DNA of 63,781 bases from Candidatus Zixiibacteriota bacterium (GCA_041908405.1 JAYRFH010000250.1:1-63781), one strand, 5' to 3'. Positions 1 to 9,546 are shown, counted from the first letter of the stretch. Notes: a model not told the origin generated them from the sequence alone. Translations and numbers: made by a program.

Positions 1-2343
1 CACCGAAACGCCGGGAGTGAACGGATAGATCTTCATCCTCTGAATCATGAACTTGCAGCTATCGGCGTTGGTGGGGCCGGTAGGTGCCCACCAGGTCACC
101 TGAAGTTTCACTGACGAATCCGCTGAACAGAAGACACCGGAATTGTACCCCTCCCATCGCGAGGTCGAGAACGGGCCCGCTGTGGGCGATTCCGCCATCG
201 GTTTGAACGTGTGACTGAATTGAGCATCGTCAGAATAGACTCCCCAGCTTGCCGCGTAGCTGTCGACGCCGGTCTTCCGGACGATTATCGGTGAAGCCGC
301 GCCGAGGTAGATCGACGCGTCACCCGCATTGAGTCCGCCACCACTAGTGTCGCACTCCGGCGATGGCTGCGGGAAATTGAGGTTTGCCCCTCCCGCGTAG
401 TCATTTCCCATACTCCCGAAATTGCTTACCGAAAGTTTCAGTCCGCACTGCGTGGTCAGCGTGTCCCAGATGGCAAACGGCGGCGAGTACGCCCCCTTGC
501 CGGCCATCAGGGTGACAGGAATGGTCACTGTTTGGGGCAGAGGTTCAAACGCTATCACCACTCGTCCGTAGTAGACCCCGGATTGCTGAATGACATTTCC
601 CGAATTGAGGTGAACGGAAAACTGAGCGGAAGTCCCCTGATCGACCGAGAGTGGGATATCCGAAACGGTCAGCCAACCGGCGCCACCTGCGGCGGTAGCG
701 GAATCCTCGATCGGTGTGATCGAGTTGATCGTTATCGGCCCGGTGCAGAAGTTCTCCAGCGTGATCGTCCTATCTATCGGCCCGGTGGCGCCGGCCAGTT
801 TGTAAAACTGCTCGATCCGCTGTGGCGCATAGGCAAGCTGGCAGGATTGGATCGGCGGAGTGCAGGCTAATCTGATCCACCGAAGTTCATTGTTGGTCAT
901 CAGTGACGTGTTGGTACCGGCATCCCCCGGATAACGGTCGGTCAGGTACCAGACATGGAGATATTTTCCATTCGGTGCGCCGTCATCCAGAACGTAGGTA
1001 GTCGCGCCGGACCAGTCGTTGGTCGGATAAAGCGACTCATCCATGCCATACCGGGAGACCCCTAGAAGCTGGTCATCGGCGCAATCCCCTTGGGCGCAGT
1101 TCGGCGTGTAGCTCTCGGAGATATTCTTCGGCGCGTTCCAACCCACCCCACCGAGATTGTCGGAGACCGAAACAAAGATCTCCCCGTTGGCCACGCGTGC
1201 GTCCGAGCAATCATCGACATGACCGGTAATGGGATCGTTGAAACTTGAAAAGAACGCGAAGAGCTTCCCGTCACACTCCGCCAGAGAGAGCCGACCAATA
1301 TTGAAAATGTAGTCCCACGCGTGCCCCTGTGTGGCTAGTGTGTCCCATTCCGCCGAATAGACCGGCGAGATCACCAATGGACCCCGTTCAGACCAGTGAA
1401 AAAGTCTGCTCTTCCAGAGGTCGTAGTTATCTCCCTTCCATGGCGACGCGTTCCAGAGCAAATGAATTTTCTTATCGGCGTCGATGAGGGCGGAGACTTC
1501 CTGCCAAGCGCGATATGTATTTCCGTTGTACTGGGTCACATTGGTGCCCACAAAAGTGGTTCCATCATTGGACCGGGCGATCCAAATATCGTTCCCTCCA
1601 TTCGCTGACGGTTTCACATAGGCGACACCCACCCGGTTGCTGGCCCGGTCGCACACAATATCACATCCCCCTTCAGCCGCTTCATCAGTATATCGAAGCA
1701 GCCACGTGGCATCATTGGTTGACTCCGACCAACCTGATTTGCGGTAGACCTTGACTTCGCCACCGGTCATGACCGCCTGATAGAACACAGGAGCCCCGCT
1801 GAACTCGCTCATGTCGATCTTCGGCCACTGGACGCTGGATGAGGTGCGAATCGAACCATCGGAGATGTATCCGAAATTCCCTTCCAGCAGCGCCGAGTCG
1901 CGGATCGTATGGTAGCGAATGTGGCCATCGCTCGCGCTGTAATCATTCCCGCTGACATAGGCGATCCCGGTGGAATCGATCGTGATCTGGGGGTAAAGAC
2001 CGTAATGCGTACAACTGCTCGCCGTATCGGCGCACTGCCCGATTTTCCGGCCGCCCGGCGCAATGAACGCGCCGACCGAAGCATCGTATGCCAGCCATGC
2101 CCAGAGAGGCGTATGCGAGGCCGAAGAACTCGCCTTCTCCATATAGACGAACTGGACCGCCGCTTTGCCGCTTGAAGGCGGCGTCACGGCTATGGTTCGG
2201 CCTATCGAACCGAATGATTGCTGGTCCCGCCAGGTATCGGCGACGAGCGTCCCGCGTGAATCGACAGCAAGCAGATGACCGCACAACAAACTGAGGAATA
2301 CCAGTGTGAGGAAAGTAGTCTTCGATGATATCAATCTTTTCAT
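1..2343 (-). CDS. secreted protein truncated at its 3' end by the window edge; signal peptide, BNR/sialidase-like region, then a module shared with the downstream paralog
   Basis: Absent from the ORF track because it runs off the window. Read on the reverse strand from ATG at 2343..2341 (GGAGGAGAAA RBS just upstream), the frame stays open to base 1, giving 781 codons. Starts MKRLISSKTTFLTLVFLSLLCGHLLA. Contains the Asp-box-like ARSNDGTTF. The distal part (WDTLTTQCGLKLSVSNFGSMGNDYAGGANLNFPQPSPECDTSGGGLNAGDASIYLGAASPIIV ... WWAPTGPTNADSCKFMIQRMKIYPF) aligns with ORF 2395..4134. Confidence 0.75.
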   Translation of the reverse strand, partial: MKRLISSKTTFLTLVFLSLLCGHLLAVDSRGTLVADTWRDQQSFGSIGRTIAVTPPSSGKAAVQFVYMEKASSSASHTPLWAWLAYDASVGAFIAPGGRKIGQCADTASSCTHYGLYPQITIDSTGIAYVSGNDYSASDGHIRYHTIRDSALLEGNFGYISDGSIRTSSSVQWPKIDMSEFSGAPVFYQAVMTGGEVKVYRKSGWSESTNDATWLLRYTDEAAEGGCDIVCDRASNRVGVAYVKPSANGGNDIWIARSNDGTTFVGTNVTQYNGNTYRAWQEVSALIDADKKIHLLWNASPWKGDNYDLWKSRLFHWSERGPLVISPVYSAEWDTLATQGHAWDYIFNIGRLSLAECDGKLFAFFSSFNDPITGHVDDCSDARVANGEIFVSVSDNLGGVGWNAPKNISESYTPNCAQGDCADDQLLGVSRYGMDESLYPTNDWSGATTYVLDDGAPNGKYLHVWYLTDRYPGDAGTNTSLMTNNELRWIRLACTPPIQSCQLAYAPQRIEQFYKLAGATGPIDRTITLENFCTGPITINSITPIEDSATAAGGAGWLTVSDIPLSVDQGTSAQFSVHLNSGNVIQQSGVYYGRVVIAFEPLPQTVTIPVTLMAGKGAYSPPFAIWDTLTTQCGLKLSVSNFGSMGNDYAGGANLNFPQPSPECDTSGGGLNAGDASIYLGAASPIIVRKTGVDSYAASWGVYSDDAQFSHTFKPMAESPTAGPFSTSRWEGYNSGVFCSADSSVKLQVTWWAPTGPTNADSCKFMIQRMKIYPFTPGVSV

Positions 2344-2394
2344 TTTCTCCTCCACGGTGTCACCACCGATCCGATCGGGAACATACGTACCTCT

Positions 2395-4134
2395 TCAATC
2401 TGTACTTTGGCGGCAGTTCACTTCCGGCGGGCAAGGCTGCAGTGAAGGCCTAGGAGTCTCTGTAAAGTACGATATGAGCAAGGACAAATCCGAGAGATCG
2501 ATCAGACCTGACGCATTCACGTCCGCTTCCAATTCACAGTAGATTCTTGGTCGAGGCGTTGTGGTCAGGTAGGCAATAAGATACGAGAGGTCAGACAGAT
2601 CTGGAAAGACATGGGAATTGGTGACAATGTTTCCACGGTTGTAATCGCAGCAATCGCCACTGCACGGAATACAGTAGCTCCACACATTCCGGTACCAGGC
2701 AAACGCCTTGTCGATCTCTTTCTTCAGACTATCCAATCCTTGCCCTACTGTTCCGCCAGTTGGTCGCACAACCGCGATCGCAGTCAAAATAGTAAGAGTA
2801 TCGTTTGCCGGTAACGTGTACCCAGCATTGGCGGCGCCGTTTTTGTAGACAAGAACCGAGTGAAGATCTGTAATGCGGGGTTCATTGGAATAGCCTGTTG
2901 ACTGCATATTCTCCCAGAGCTGTTGCGGAACAAAGCCTCCAGTCGGATAGACAAAACTATCGTTGGCCGCGTTGTATCCGGCATAAATGGAAGTCTCCAT
3001 GGAGCAGTTCTTCGTGTGCATGGTGATAAGCGCCGCCCCGGCATACCGAAGCGAATTGGTGTAACAGACTGCTCCCGTATCTGCCGCGTCAAAGCCTCGC
3101 ATGCCGACCAATCGGCGGGTGGGATCAGTGAACGCGACATTCAGCATCTCCCCCGAATCGCTCGGGATATCCCAATCAAACGCATCACCAATGGCCAAAC
3201 CACTCACACTGTAACCAATGACGTACGGGAAGTATCTGGTTCGCATGATCACGAAATGACAACTGTCTACATTAGTTGCTCCGGCCGGTGCCCAAATAGT
3301 GCGTTCGATCTTGACCAGCGAATCAGCCGTCACAAATGTCCCGGAATTATATCCTTCCCACCGTGCGGCGCTGAAATAGCCGCGAGTCGAACTGGGGAAA
3401 AGCGGCTTAAATCCGTTGGGAGAGGTGACATCTCCATCATAGATCGACCACGAGCCTACATAGTCACCCGGAGCTCTTCGCCGGACAACTATCGGTGATG
3501 CGTCAGCCAGGTAGATAGCGGCATCACCCGGATTGAGTGTACCGCCGTTGGTGTCACACTCTGGTGACGGTTGCGGGAAGCCCAGATTCGCTCCGCCAAT
3601 TCCGTGCGCTCCGAGATTACCGTTGGTGCCGACCGTGAGCGGAATCCCGCATTGGGTGATCACTGTATCCCAGACCGGAAAAACGATTGTGTCGGCAACG
3701 GTAAACCGGATCGGCAGATCGAGCGAATCACCTGAAGGGCCATAGTAGAATCGCAATTTGCCATATAGTACCATTGGGATGCTTGAGCAAACTACCCCTC
3801 CCACATTGAGAGTCAGCGTAACCGTAGCTGAATCTCCCGGGGAAATGGTCGGTGGCAAGGACCCATACCCCAGCCAGCCCGGTACTGATTGCACCGATGG
3901 TCTGACTGAGTCCTCAAAAGCAGTTGCATATGGAACCGTGATAGTGATCGGCCCAGTGTTCTTCAGCGTCAACGTGTACTGCTTCTCCACACACGGCATG
4001 GTGTATTCCGGGTAGCCGATGGAGGCAGGTGACACCTGAAGAACACCGTTCTGAATGATTGCATGACGATCCGCGGCGGTTACAGACAGAGCGATGAGAG
4101 TGAGTAGCAGACAAACCAATAGCTTTCGACGCAT
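2395..4134 (-). CDS. secreted protein, paralog of the upstream gene, with a C-terminal dockerin-like twin repeat
   Basis: 579-aa ORF with a GGAGGG RBS and signal peptide MRRKLLVCLLLTLIALSVTAA. The core aligns with the 1..2343 product (WDTVITQCGIPLTVGTNGNLG..GGANLGFPQPSPECDTNGGTLNPGDAAIYLADASPIVV). The C-terminus is CDYNRGNIVTNSHVFPDLSDLSYLIAYLTTTPRPRIYCELEADVNASGLIDLSDLSLLISYFTETPRPSLQPCPP, two dockerin-like segments. Confidence 0.85.
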   Translation of the reverse strand: MRRKLLVCLLLTLIALSVTAADRHAIIQNGVLQVSPASIGYPEYTMPCVEKQYTLTLKNTGPITITVPYATAFEDSVRPSVQSVPGWLGYGSLPPTISPGDSATVTLTLNVGGVVCSSIPMVLYGKLRFYYGPSGDSLDLPIRFTVADTIVFPVWDTVITQCGIPLTVGTNGNLGAHGIGGANLGFPQPSPECDTNGGTLNPGDAAIYLADASPIVVRRRAPGDYVGSWSIYDGDVTSPNGFKPLFPSSTRGYFSAARWEGYNSGTFVTADSLVKIERTIWAPAGATNVDSCHFVIMRTRYFPYVIGYSVSGLAIGDAFDWDIPSDSGEMLNVAFTDPTRRLVGMRGFDAADTGAVCYTNSLRYAGAALITMHTKNCSMETSIYAGYNAANDSFVYPTGGFVPQQLWENMQSTGYSNEPRITDLHSVLVYKNGAANAGYTLPANDTLTILTAIAVVRPTGGTVGQGLDSLKKEIDKAFAWYRNVWSYCIPCSGDCCDYNRGNIVTNSHVFPDLSDLSYLIAYLTTTPRPRIYCELEADVNASGLIDLSDLSLLISYFTETPRPSLQPCPPEVNCRQSTD

Positions 4135-4205
4135 ACACCCTCCATGCCAACGTTAATCCTGCGATTGAGGTATCGGGGCGGGGCTTGCCTGAGTACCGAT
4201 ACTTC

Positions 4206-4234
4206 AGTATAGCATTCGTGGACTAACGTGTCAA
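4206..4234 (-). promoter_or_regulatory. sigma-70-type promoter candidate for gene 2395..4134
   Basis: The minus strand reads TTGACA (4234..4229), a 17-nt spacer, then TATACT (4211..4206). This lies about 70 nt upstream of the ATG at 4134. Confidence 0.4.
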
Positions 4235-4340
4235 CTACAATTTGCTTGTCAGATAGGGACTTAGACCAGATTTGTGGCAACCCGATCGACTGACTTTTAC
4301 GGTTTGACTGCCCGCCTCGCAGCCTGTACCTTGAGCGCCG

Positions 4341-4928
4341 ATGAATACGCCGAACAAGTTGACCCTCACCCGCGTGGCCCTCGCCCCCATCTTCATGATA
4401 TTCTTCCTGGTGGATAATTTCTACATGCGGATGATCGGCCTCTTTCTGTTCCTGGTGGCCGCGTTGACCGATCTGGCGGATGGATACTATGCGCGGAAAT
4501 ATGGCGCCATGACCGGCTTCGGCAAATTCATGGATCCCCTCGCGGACAAGATACTGGTCTCCAGCGCCCTGATATCGTTTGTGTCACTGCATTATGTTTC
4601 GCCGCTCCCTGTGCTGCTCATAATCGGCCGGGAGTTCGGTATCACCGGACTGAGATTGCTCGCGGCGTACCGAGCGGCGATAATCCCGCCCACCTGGTGG
4701 GCAAAAGTAAAAACATTTCTGCAGATGACGGTAGTTTCGGTGATGCTCGGCTATATCAGCCTGGTGACCTGGCTCCGCCATTTCGGACATGCCGATTCAG
4801 TAATCCTGCAGTTTGACTATCGCTTCTATTTCAATATCCTTCTCTGGGTGACGGCGGTGGTGACCGTCTGGACTGGGATCGATTACGTTGTGAAGTATTT
4901 TAGCATGATCAAGAGCGCGTTAAAATAA
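4341..4928 (+). CDS. pgsA: CDP-diacylglycerol--glycerol-3-phosphate 3-phosphatidyltransferase
   Basis: 195 aa, multi-TM. Carries the CDP-alcohol phosphatidyltransferase motif DLADGYYARKYGAMTGFGKFMDPLADK. The stop overlaps the next start (TAATG). Confidence 0.9.
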   Translation: MNTPNKLTLTRVALAPIFMIFFLVDNFYMRMIGLFLFLVAALTDLADGYYARKYGAMTGFGKFMDPLADKILVSSALISFVSLHYVSPLPVLLIIGREFGITGLRLLAAYRAAIIPPTWWAKVKTFLQMTVVSVMLGYISLVTWLRHFGHADSVILQFDYRFYFNILLWVTAVVTVWTGIDYVVKYFSMIKSALK

Positions 4929-5380
4929 TGCCCACCTGGCTGACGAAAATACTGGCCACCGGGCTCGGGACCGGCTACGCCCCGGTAGCAGGGACTGTCG
5001 GCTCGATCCCCGCCTGGCTGATTGCCTGGTTTCTGCTGGGACAGAACCAGTGGCTACTCGCCTGTGCGGCGGTAGTCATCACGTTTGTCTCAGTGTATGT
5101 CGCGACCGAGGCGGAGCATATCTTCGGTCATGATGCCAAGTCGATCGTCATCGACGAATGGGCCGGCATGTGGATCACGGTTATTCTGTTGCCGAAAACA
5201 TTGACCGCCTATATTATCGCGTTCTTCGCGTTTCGCGTATTCGATGTTATCAAACTCCCCCCCGCGGCGCAGGCGGAGAAACTTCCGCGAGGATGGGGGA
5301 TCACCGCCGATGATGTCGTCGCCGGGATACAGGCGAATCTGGTCACCCACCTGATCGTCTGGGGACTGACGAAATTATAG
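4928..5380 (+). CDS. pgpA: phosphatidylglycerophosphatase A
   Basis: 150 aa. PgpA-like LATGLGTGYAPVAGTVGS and DEWAGM motifs. Translationally coupled to pgsA. Confidence 0.85.
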   Translation: MPTWLTKILATGLGTGYAPVAGTVGSIPAWLIAWFLLGQNQWLLACAAVVITFVSVYVATEAEHIFGHDAKSIVIDEWAGMWITVILLPKTLTAYIIAFFAFRVFDVIKLPPAAQAEKLPRGWGITADDVVAGIQANLVTHLIVWGLTKL

Positions 5381-5396
5381 TGGGATGGAGCAGCGC

Positions 5397-6638
5397 ATGG
5401 ATGTTGAGATAGTCACAGTTGGCGACGAGGTGATCACCGGGCACACGGTTGACACCAACTCCGCGCATATCTCGCGAGTGCTGACCGAGGTCGGCCTGAC
5501 GATCAAATACAAATCGTCGGTCGGCGATTCTATCGAATTAATGGAAGAGGTTTTCCGGATGGCCCTCAAGCGGGCGCATCTGGTGATCGTCACCGGCGGA
5601 TTGGGACCGACCGATGATGACCTGACCAAGCGCGCGATCGTCAAGGTCTTCAAGCGCAACCTCATCTTTCAAGAAGATATCCTCGACGAGATCAAAGAAA
5701 GATTTCGGCGTCGCGGACTCGAGATGCCCGCGCTCAACCAGAATCAGGCGCTCCTGCCGCAAGGCGCGACCTTCTTCCCCAACAAACTCGGATCCGCGGT
5801 CGGTATTTGCATCGCCGAGGAAGGCCGTGTGTTTATCGCCTTGCCCGGAGTACCGAGCGAGATGAAGCAGATCCTCAACGATGAGGTTGTCCCCTACCTG
5901 CGGAATATCCACACGACCCAGGCTATCTCGGTCATCAAACTGCGAACGACTGGCATATTTGAGTCAGCTCTCGCCGAGTTGATCATGCCCGGCCTGAAAC
6001 TCGAGTCCGGTGTCAAACTCGCCTATTTGCCGTCGTATAGCGGTGTTGATCTGCGCATCGTCGCGACTGCCGCGAGTGGCGCTGAGGCCGATGGCAAAGC
6101 GGTCAAGCTCGCCAATCATCTTGAATCGATTTGCGGCAAATACATTTATGGACGGGATACCGACTCACTCGAAATGGTGGTTGGCCGTCTCCTGCGCGAC
6201 AGAAACGCGACGCTCGCTGTCGCCGAATCATGCACCGGCGGTCAACTCGGTATGGTGATGACCTCGACTGCGGGATCATCGGATTATTTCCTCGGCGGTG
6301 TCCTTGCCTACGCAAACGAGATAAAAGAGAGTCAGCTCGGCGTCAGCAATGAGATACTGGACACGCATGGCGCGGTCTCTGAAGAGTGCGCGATCGCGAT
6401 GGCCCAGGGAGTACGCGCGAAATTCGGCAGCAGCTATGCCGTCTCTGTCACCGGCATCGCCGGACCGGGCGGCGCGACCGAATCCAAACCGGTCGGTTTG
6501 GTCTATGTCGGGATAGCGTCCGAGAAGCGGTCATTCGCGAAGAAGTATTCATTCGGCGTCGATCGCGATATCAACCGCACGCGCGCGACCTACACGGCGA
6601 TAGAACTTCTGCGCCGCGAACTATTAGGGATCGACTGA
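5397..6638 (+). CDS. cinA: competence/damage-inducible protein CinA (MoCF-binding domain plus PncC-type nicotinamide-nucleotide amidase)
   Basis: MDVEIVTVGDEVITGHTVDTNS is a typical CinA N-terminus. The C-terminal half reads TLAVAESCTGGQLG...VSVTGIAGPGG. ATG 5397 has GGAG 6 nt upstream. The alternative start is 5385. Confidence 0.9.
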   Translation: MDVEIVTVGDEVITGHTVDTNSAHISRVLTEVGLTIKYKSSVGDSIELMEEVFRMALKRAHLVIVTGGLGPTDDDLTKRAIVKVFKRNLIFQEDILDEIKERFRRRGLEMPALNQNQALLPQGATFFPNKLGSAVGICIAEEGRVFIALPGVPSEMKQILNDEVVPYLRNIHTTQAISVIKLRTTGIFESALAELIMPGLKLESGVKLAYLPSYSGVDLRIVATAASGAEADGKAVKLANHLESICGKYIYGRDTDSLEMVVGRLLRDRNATLAVAESCTGGQLGMVMTSTAGSSDYFLGGVLAYANEIKESQLGVSNEILDTHGAVSEECAIAMAQGVRAKFGSSYAVSVTGIAGPGGATESKPVGLVYVGIASEKRSFAKKYSFGVDRDINRTRATYTAIELLRRELLGID

Positions 6639-7189
6639 TGCGGATCTTCATCGCTTTTCCACTTGAAGACTCCGTCACTCGCCGACTGGGTGAGATCGTG
6701 ACTGATTTCGAGCGGAATGGCGGCCCGGTGAAATGGGTCGAACCCAAGAATATGCACCTGACCGCACGGTTTCTCGGCGAAACACCTGATAATCAACTCG
6801 ACCAGCTTATCAAAGTAGTTACCACAGCAGGTGGAAAAGGAACCGTTATCCGCACAGTCATTCAACAGATCGGCGGATTCCCGAACCTTCACCGCCCGCG
6901 TGTCATCTGGGCCGGGATGGACAACGAAGTGAACAAGCTGGTGCCGATCGCCGTGGAGATTGAACGTTACGTTCAGCAACTCGGATTCCCTGCGGAGAAC
7001 AAGCCATTCAAGCCGCACCTGACACTGGGGCGCGTTCGCGAGGGAGCCAAGATAGGCAACTCATTGGATTTTCTGATGCGCTACCAGTTGACGCCGATAC
7101 CGGTTCAGTTTGATCGACTGGCATTGATCAAATCGACTCTCACTCCTCGCGGACCGATCTACGACACACTTCACGAAGTGAAGCTTTGA
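6638..7189 (+). CDS. thpR: RNA 2',3'-cyclic phosphodiesterase (2H phosphoesterase, LigT/ThpR)
   Basis: Starts MRIFIAFPL. Two HxT motifs are present (HLTARFLG and HLTLGR). The ATG overlaps the cinA stop (TGATG). The track ORF 6386..7189 carries a spurious N-terminal extension inside cinA. Confidence 0.85.
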   Translation: MRIFIAFPLEDSVTRRLGEIVTDFERNGGPVKWVEPKNMHLTARFLGETPDNQLDQLIKVVTTAGGKGTVIRTVIQQIGGFPNLHRPRVIWAGMDNEVNKLVPIAVEIERYVQQLGFPAENKPFKPHLTLGRVREGAKIGNSLDFLMRYQLTPIPVQFDRLALIKSTLTPRGPIYDTLHEVKL

Positions 7190-7272
7190 CCTCCCCTGCC
7201 CTTTAATAGATACCAAAATAAAAAGCGACCTCGTGGGAGGCCGCTTTCTGAGGAATTTGCTGCGAGAGGAAC

Positions 7273-7962
7273 TTACTTCTTCGAGTAGCGACGCGCTATC
7301 GCGCCACCGGCGATACCGAGACCGAAGAGCAGCATGCTGGCCGGTTCGGGAGTCGGGGTCGGATGTCCCGCGAAATCGTGCGAGAATGGCGCGAATTTGT
7401 CGACCACCAGGTTGTTCCGGTTGTCGAACTTCAAATTGTACGCGTCGAAATGGACGCTAGCCGCGCCGATGATCTCGATCGCGAAGTGGCGATTCTGGCC
7501 GAGCGTGTTACCGCCGGGCAGATAGCCATTGCTTGGATCGTATCCATCGTTCACATCGCCGATACCGCCCATCGCGGCAAAACTGCCGGCGCTGAATTCG
7601 GTGTACCAGGCGGGGAACACGCCATGCTTGGGGAGGTCGCCGCGGGTCGTCTCAAGAGTCGCCATCGGCGGGATACCCCAGACAAAGTTGGCGTAGTCGA
7701 ATCCATTGACGCGGATCGAGATGCCGCTCAAGTCGGCATTCTCATCCAGACCGCTGAGCGCCATACTGACCAGAACATCGTTGATGCCACCTTTACCAAT
7801 GACATACAGGTCAAAGGTCGATGACGTAGTGATCCAGGTCTCCGGATCATCGCCGCCGGTGTGGTAAGTCGAGCCGGGGGCATAAAGCTGAAGATCCGGG
7901 ACGGCAAATGCGCTGGCGGAAAGCAGAAAAACCGCAATCGCGCCTAACAGCAATTTCCTCAT
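7273..7962 (-). CDS. PEP-CTERM sorting-domain secreted protein
   Basis: Signal peptide MRKLLLGAIAVFLLSASAFA. The C-terminus PTPTPEPASMLLFGLGIAGGAIARRYSKK has the PEP motif, a TM helix and a basic tail. The start is taken at Met15 of track ORF 7273..8004. Confidence 0.85.
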   Translation of the reverse strand: MRKLLLGAIAVFLLSASAFAVPDLQLYAPGSTYHTGGDDPETWITTSSTFDLYVIGKGGINDVLVSMALSGLDENADLSGISIRVNGFDYANFVWGIPPMATLETTRGDLPKHGVFPAWYTEFSAGSFAAMGGIGDVNDGYDPSNGYLPGGNTLGQNRHFAIEIIGAASVHFDAYNLKFDNRNNLVVDKFAPFSHDFAGHPTPTPEPASMLLFGLGIAGGAIARRYSKK

Positions 7963-8041
7963 ACAAGTAACCTCGTACTGTTTGTGCCGGTCGCCGCGAC
8001 GCAACGAGCAGGTGATAGAATTATGCTACTCTGCCCATAAA

Positions 8042-8057
8042 AGCAAGCCATGTGCCC
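8042..8057 (-). promoter_or_regulatory. sigma-54 (-24/-12) promoter-like element upstream of the PEP-CTERM gene
   Basis: The minus strand reads GGGCAC-ATGGC-TTGCT with the correct GG-N10-GC spacing. It lies about 80 nt upstream of ATG 7962. The core is identical to the element at 59571..59586. Confidence 0.45.
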
Positions 8058-8107
8058 TACAGTGCCTATCTCCATGCAAATCTTGCGTATTCAGCGTACC
8101 AATTTGT

Positions 8108-8137
8108 ATGACAACACGTTACGCCGTCGAATATAAT
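8108..8137 (+). promoter_or_regulatory. sigma-70-type promoter candidate, distal, upstream of recA
   Basis: ATGACA (8108..8113), an 18-nt spacer, then a perfect TATAAT (8132..8137). This lies about 260 nt upstream of recA. Confidence 0.3.
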
Positions 8138-8306
8138 TGCTCCAGAATCGCCGGATTTCGCCCTCCGAAGCCGCTAAGCGCAAATCGCTTCACAAGTTCG
8201 ATGACTCCCTGCAGCCCGAATCTGGCTTTTGGAGGCTGTCTTTTGGCTCCGTGGATGGTTCAGAGGCCGCCCTTGCAGCCAAAAAAAGTTGAGAGAACTC
8301 ACTTTT

Positions 8307-8327
8307 CACTGACAGCCCCTGTCAGTG
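8307..8327. promoter_or_regulatory. perfect 9-bp inverted repeat (operator or leader hairpin) upstream of recA
   Basis: CACTGACAG-CCC-CTGTCAGTG, 68 nt upstream of the recA ATG. Confidence 0.3.
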
Positions 8328-8394
8328 GGTTTCTCTATTTATGAGGCGTAGCGAATGTGATATACTTAGGCGAACCTCTATCGGAGATTAGCCT

Positions 8395-9483
8395 ATGGAA
8401 AGCAAGAAAATCGACATAAAGAAAGGGAAGCCGGAGATGGCAGCTACCGCGACAGCCACGCCCGACCGCAAGAAGGCGCTTGATGCCGCCCTCACGCAGA
8501 TCGAACGGGCGTTTGGCAAAGGTTCAATCATGCGACTGGGGGATGACCATGTCGCCGAGGTCGAAGTTATCCCGACCGGATCGCTCGGTCTGGATTACGC
8601 CCTCGGTGTCTGGGGGATCCCGCGCGGCCGCATTGTCGAAGTATTTGGTCCGGAATCATCCGGTAAAACGACCCTCGCTTTGCATGTCATCGCCGAGGCA
8701 CAACGCGCCGGCGGCGTGGCGGCCTTTATTGATGCTGAGCATGCGTTTGACGCCAACTACGCCAAAGGGCTGGGGATCGATCTTGGCAACCTGCTCGTCT
8801 CTCAGCCGGACAATGGCGAGCAGGCGCTTGAGATCGTTGAAACACTCGTTCGGTCCAGCGCGGTCGATCTGATCGTGGTCGACTCGGTCGCGGCGCTCAC
8901 GCCGAAATCCGAGATCGAGGGTGACATGGGTGACTCACATATGGGTCTGCAGGCTCGCCTGATGTCGCAGGCGCTCCGCAAACTCGCCGCGATCACCAAC
9001 AAATCTCACACCGCAATCATCTTCATCAACCAGATCCGTATGAAGATCGGCGTGATGTTCGGCAATCCCGAAACGACGACCGGTGGTAACGCCCTCAAGT
9101 TTTACGCGACGATCCGTCTGGATATCCGCCGTATCGCTTCGATCAAAGAGGGGGATGAAGTGATCGGCTCCCGCACGCGTGTGCGCGTGGTGAAAAACAA
9201 AGTCGCGCCGCCATTCCGCGAGGCGGAGTTTGATATCATCTACGGTAAGGGGATATCCGGCTCAGGCGAACTCTTGGATATGGCGGTGAACTACAATATC
9301 ATCGAGAAATCCGGTTCCTGGTTCAGCTACAAGTCTGAGCGACTGGGGCAGGGACGGGAGAACGCGAAGAAGTTCCTCGAAGAGAATTTCCCGATCCTCG
9401 ATGAAGTGATGCACGCGGTGAAAGACAAACTGGGCGCGGCCGGAGCAGCGGTGCGCTCGGGGAATGGTGCTGAAGAAGACTAG
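8395..9483 (+). CDS. recA: recombinase RecA
   Basis: Walker [10 protein letters not shown]. Also [32 protein letters not shown] and [30 protein letters not shown]. Confidence 0.97.
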   Translation: MESKKIDIKKGKPEMAATATATPDRKKALDAALTQIERAFGKGSIMRLGDDHVAEVEVIPTGSLGLDYALGVWGIPRGRIVEVFGPESSGKTTLALHVIAEAQRAGGVAAFIDAEHAFDANYAKGLGIDLGNLLVSQPDNGEQALEIVETLVRSSAVDLIVVDSVAALTPKSEIEGDMGDSHMGLQARLMSQALRKLAAITNKSHTAIIFINQIRMKIGVMFGNPETTTGGNALKFYATIRLDIRRIASIKEGDEVIGSRTRVRVVKNKVAPPFREAEFDIIYGKGISGSGELLDMAVNYNIIEKSGSWFSYKSERLGQGRENAKKFLEENFPILDEVMHAVKDKLGAAGAAVRSGNGAEED

Positions 9484-9520
9484 CGCCTTGATTTGAAAGA
9501 TGTCTGATATTCAAAAAGAA

Positions 9521-9546
9521 ACCCCGGTGTGAACCGGGGTTTTTTG
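9521..9546 (+). terminator. rho-independent terminator after recA
   Basis: ACCCCGG-TGTGAA-CCGGGGT hairpin followed by TTTTTT. Confidence 0.7.

Noticed and set aside
6386-6637. N-terminal 84-aa extension of the thpR ORF.
   Set aside because: It lies inside cinA in another frame. The family-typical start MRIFIAFPL at 6638 overlaps the cinA stop (TGATG).
7982-8344. 120-aa ORF in the recA upstream region.
   Set aside because: No RBS, Cys/Pro-rich odd composition, and it overlaps predicted promoter elements. The region is treated as non-coding.
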